Assembly: GCA_038087875.1 (NCBI GenBank)
Contig: CM075999.1
Location: 4,094,001-4,158,000 of the forward strand
Direction: 5' to 3'
Source: Malacoraja senta
Lineage: Eukaryota
DNA: 64,000 nucleotides
Positions 59,790-64,000 of this stretch are shown piece by piece. Each line of letters starts with the position of its first letter. Within the stretch, counting starts at the first letter, position 1. The translations under genes and the position numbers were made by a program. Under the pieces are notes generated by a model. The model did no database searches and had not been told where the DNA came from. It saw only the letters and a program-made list of their open reading frames with translations.

Positions 59790-60685
59790 AAAGTATAAAG
59801 GAGTTGTAGACGAAATGGCAGATGGAGTTTAATTCTGAGCAAGTGTGAGGTGTTGAATATAAGGGGAAGGTAAGGGTTGATGTCAAGACCCTTCACAGCA
59901 TTGATGTACAGAGAATCTTGGGATCCAAGTCCGTAGCTCCTTGCAAGTGGCGACACAAGTCGACAGCGCGGTCAGGAAGGTATACGCTTTATTGGGCTGG
60001 GCATTGAGGACAAGTGTCAGGCGGTGGGTGTGTGGAACGAGCTGCCAGAGGAGGTAGTTGAGGCAGGGACTATAACAGTATTTAAATGGCACTTGGACAG
60101 GTACATGGAATGGACAGGTGTAGAGGGATATGGGCCAAAGGTGGGAAATGGGAGTAGTTTAGATGGGTCAACCAGGTCAGCATGAACTAGTTAGGCTGAA
60201 GGCTGCATGACCCGATGACTATCGGTCACAATGCAACTCTATAAGTCTTTGGTCAGTCTGCGTCGCCCCCATTGCAGGATGTGGGGGCTTTGGTGAGGAT
60301 GGAGAGCTTGGCCAGAATGGTACCTGGATTAGAGGGTGTTCGCTACAGGGAGAGGATGGACAGACTTGCATTATGAAAGGCCCAGAGACGGCAGACAGTC
60401 AGAACCTTTTACCCGGAATGAAAAAAATAAAATTACTAGAGGGCACAGCTTTAAGTGAGAGGGGAAAAGTTTAAAGGAGATTTGTGGAGCAAATGTTTTA
60501 CACAGAGGATGGTGGGTACGTGGAAAGTTGCTGCCAGGGGTGCTGGTGGAGGCAGATACATCGTGGTGTTTAGATGGGCACATGGATATGCAGGGAATGG
60601 AGGGTATGGATCACGTGCAGGCAGAGGAGATTAGTTTACCTTGGCATCATGTACAGCATGGACATCGTGGGCTGAAGGGCCTCTT
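59790..60685 (+). mobile_element. Old degenerate CR1 fragments
   Basis: KWQMEFNSEQCEVL-like and WNELPEEVVEA remnants with CR1-type tails; a similar fragment lies at 63455-63720. Confidence 0.6.
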
Positions 60686-61589
60686 GTAGTTTAGTTTGGT
60701 TCATTATTGTCACGTGTGCTGAGGTACAGTTTGTTCGCTCGTGTGTCACGCTGTTGGCTTCCATCATCACCAACATGTTGACAGAATTGTTTGCCCGACC
60801 CGTCACAGAGTGCATGGTGTCGTGTGTCTGGTGATCACCACGAGGCTTCTGTCATCATCCCCCGAGGTACAGTGAAAAGCTTTTTGTTACGCGCTATCCA
60901 GTCAGCAAATAGGTTCTACATGATTATAATTAAGCCATCCACAATGTACGGATGTGTAGGAAGGAACTGCAGATGCTGGTTTACACCAAAGATAGATACA
61001 AAATGCTGGAGTAACTCAGCGGGACAGGCAGCATCTCTGGAGAGAAGGAATGGGTGACATTCCGGGTCGAGACTGTTCTCAACCTGAAACGTCACCCATT
61101 CCTTAGCTCCAGAGAAACTGCCTGTCCCACTGAGTTACTCCAGCATCACAGTGTACAGATACAGGGTGAAGGGATTCATGTTTAGTGCAAGATAGATGCA
61201 GTAAGTCTGATTGCTGTACTGTTCTATGGACTGCCCAGTTTCTACTACCTCGTGTATTAACCATTGCAGTAGGAGCCAGCTCTATTCTGGAATGTCTCAG
61301 TTATGTGAGTCCTAACAATGACTGCCTCGAGTTTTACAAAGTTTGTACATAAATGTTCCACTGAGGAGCCTAGTTGTAGGCGATGGAAATCCCAGGGCTG
61401 GCTGGGTCCAGGATCACTTGAAGTCCTGGAATTTCACACAGAACGCACAGGTGAAAATGAGTTGTCAAATCCCATTCCTCACATTCCATTCAGTTGGGAA
61501 TTACTGCCATTCCTCACATTCCCAGCACTCCCAGATATGGGACAGGCCTGCACCCACTGCAACAGTGTTGAGTGTGTCGAAATGTAGCG

Positions 61590-62263
61590 TGTAAATGTGC
61601 ATGTGTGTGATCGAGTGCGTGAAAGTGTGTGCGTGTGTATGTGTGTTTATATGAGTGTGATTATGTGTGTGCATGTGTGAGTCTGGGTGAATGAGTGTGT
61701 GCGTGTGAGAGAGTCTGTGTGTGAGAATGTGTCTATGTGTGTGTGTTTGCGTGACTGTCCATGTGTGTGCATGTGTTTGAGTGTGTGTATCTCTGTGTGT
61801 GCGTGTGTGTATCTGTGTGTGTGCGTATGTGTATCTGTGCGTGTGTGTATCTGTGTGTGTGTGAGTGTGTATCTGTGTGTGTGCGTGTATGTCTGTGTAT
61901 TTCTGTGTGTGTGTATCTGTGTATGTGTGTATCTGTGTGTGCGTGTGTGTGTGTGTGTGTGTATCTGTGTGTGTGCATGTGTATCTGTGTGTGTGCGTGT
62001 GTGTCTGTATTTCTGTGTGTGTGTGTGTGTATCTGTATGTATATCTGTGTGTATGTGTGTGTGTGTATCTGTGTGTGTGTGTATCTGTGTGTGTGTGTGT
62101 ATCTGTGTGTGTGTGTGTGTTATCTGTGTCTGTGTGTGTGCGTATCTGTGTCTGTGTGTGTGCGTGTGTATCTGTGTGTGTGTGTGTGTATCTGTGTGTG
62201 TGCGTGCATGTGTGTATCTGTGTGTGCGTGTGTGTATCTGTGTGTGTGTGTGCGCGTGTGTGT

Positions 62264-62301
<38 letters not shown>

Positions 62302-62485
62302 CTGTGTGTGTGTGTGTATCTGTGTGTGTGCGTGTGTATCTGTGTGTGTGTGTGTGTATCTGTGTGTGTGCCTGTGTGTACATGTGTGTGTGCGTGTGTG
62401 TATCTGTGGTGGTCTGTGTGTGCGTGTGGTATCTGTGTGTGTGTGTGTGTGTGTATCTGTGTGTATCTGTGTGTGCGTGTGTGTA

Positions 62486-62526
<41 letters not shown>

Positions 62527-62611
62527 CTGTGTGTGTATCTGTGTGTGCGTGTGTGTATCTGTGTGTGTATCTGTGTGTGCGTGTGTGTATCTGTGTGTGT
62601 GTGTGTGTGTG
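61590..62611. repeat. (GT)n microsatellite with regular ATCT interruptions
   Basis: About 1 kb of gtgtgtatctgtgtgt repeats. Confidence 0.95.
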
Positions 62612-64000
62612 CCGGACCTACAGATTGCTGCCCATGCACTGGGCCAGTGTTGCAGTGATCCATGGAGCTGATCACATGCGGTGGTGCTCCATGCCACCAC
62701 TGCCACGGGCCGCCTGCAGCAGTGCAGCTCATGACCAATGCAGGGCTGCAGTTTATCCGCAGCAATGGAAGCTTCTTCCCAAAACAATCTTAGGACCAAA
62801 ATAATCACACATGGCTTCCTTCTCATGAAGAATGCGTCACCTGTTGCTTTGGTGACAAAGTGAGAGGAGTTGCTGCACAGGTTCCAAGGATGAATGATGT
62901 TTATTGAACAGATGAAACCTTGCATTTCTCTAGCGCTGTTCACATCCCATTCCTAGTGCTTTACACTGATTCAGTACCAGTGATGATAGACGCAATATGC
63001 TGGAGTAACTCAGCAGGACAGGCAGCATCGCTGGAGAGAAGAAATGGGTGATGTTTTGGGTCGAGACCCTTCAGCAGACCCAAAATGCCACCCATTCCTT
63101 CTCTCCAGAGAAGCTGCCTGTCCTGCTGAGTTACTCCAGCATTTTCGGCATAAGCCAGCATCTGCAGTTGCTCCCTACACAGTACCAGTGGGGACTGGGC
63201 ATTGAGAGATGGGAGAGGTGCTAGCCCATGTGTGCACAGCTAGATCCCACAATGATACATCGGTAGGAACATTGATCAGGAGATATTGATTAGTCAGAGT
63301 CAATTGCTTCTAGCTGTCAGATACCAATGAGAGACCAGGCTGGGCCCAGGTCACATTCCCTGAATTCTGGAGACATTCCAGAGATTGGAAAAACACAAAT
63401 GTAATGGCTTTATTTAAAAAATAAAGAGAGGTGGAAACTATCTGTGATATCGTGGGTTTAAGTTGAAGGGGAAAAGATTTCATAGGAATCTAAGGGGTAA
63501 CTTTCTTCACACAGAGGGCGGTGGGTGTATGGAACAAGCTGCCATAGGAGGTAGTTGAGGCAGGGACTATGCCAACGTTTAAGAAACAGTTAGACAGGTA
63601 CATGGATAGGACAGGTTTGGAGGGATATGGACCAAACGCGGGTAGGTGGGACTAGTATAGACGGGACATGTTGGTGGTTGTGGGCAAGTAGGGCTGAAGG
63701 GTCTGTTTCTACACTGTATCAAAATGTAGATGGGGTGGTTTGTAAGTTTGCAGGTGGCAGCATAATTGGTGGAGTTACAGACAGTGGGGAAGGTGCAGAG
63801 TGGGATCTAGACCAGAAACAGGCAGATAGTTTCATTGGCAAGACCTTTAACAGCATTGATGTGTAGAGGGATGGTGGAGTCAAAGGCCATCGCTCCATGG
63901 GAGTGGCCAGGCAAGGAGGTAGAGCGGTCAGGCAGACACATGGTCAGGCATATGGTACTCTTTGCTTCATCAGTTGGGGCAGTGAGTCAGAGTCAGGAAG

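Overview
Eukaryotic (vertebrate) genomic DNA, most likely a cartilaginous fish such as a skate or ray; this is inferred from the repeat landscape of HE1-type tRNA SINEs, CR1, L2, Rex1/Babar and Penelope elements. The first 38 kb hold three genes: the last coding exon of the Src-family kinase LCK (+), a complete 14-exon class I histone deacetylase (+, 4197-30025, 489 aa) and a two-exon MARCKSL1 (-, 36360-37664, 179 aa). This is the human LCK-HDAC1-MARCKSL1 gene order, which supports calling the deacetylase HDAC1. From about 38 kb to the end I recognise no host gene, only retroelements, Helitron-like elements and mini/microsatellites. I found no convincing new protein-coding system. The most interesting signals are RNA-level and repeat-level: Penelope-derived minimal hammerhead-ribozyme motifs and foldbacks; a 66-bp tandem unit with the same junction at three loci; a CR1 fragment inserted into the MARCKSL1 polypyrimidine tract; near-identical inverted CR1 copies flanking HDAC1 exon 11; and an HDAC1 with many HDAC2-like residues. 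Exon boundaries were read by hand. Repeat boundaries are approximate, and comparisons to human proteins are from memory, not from a search.
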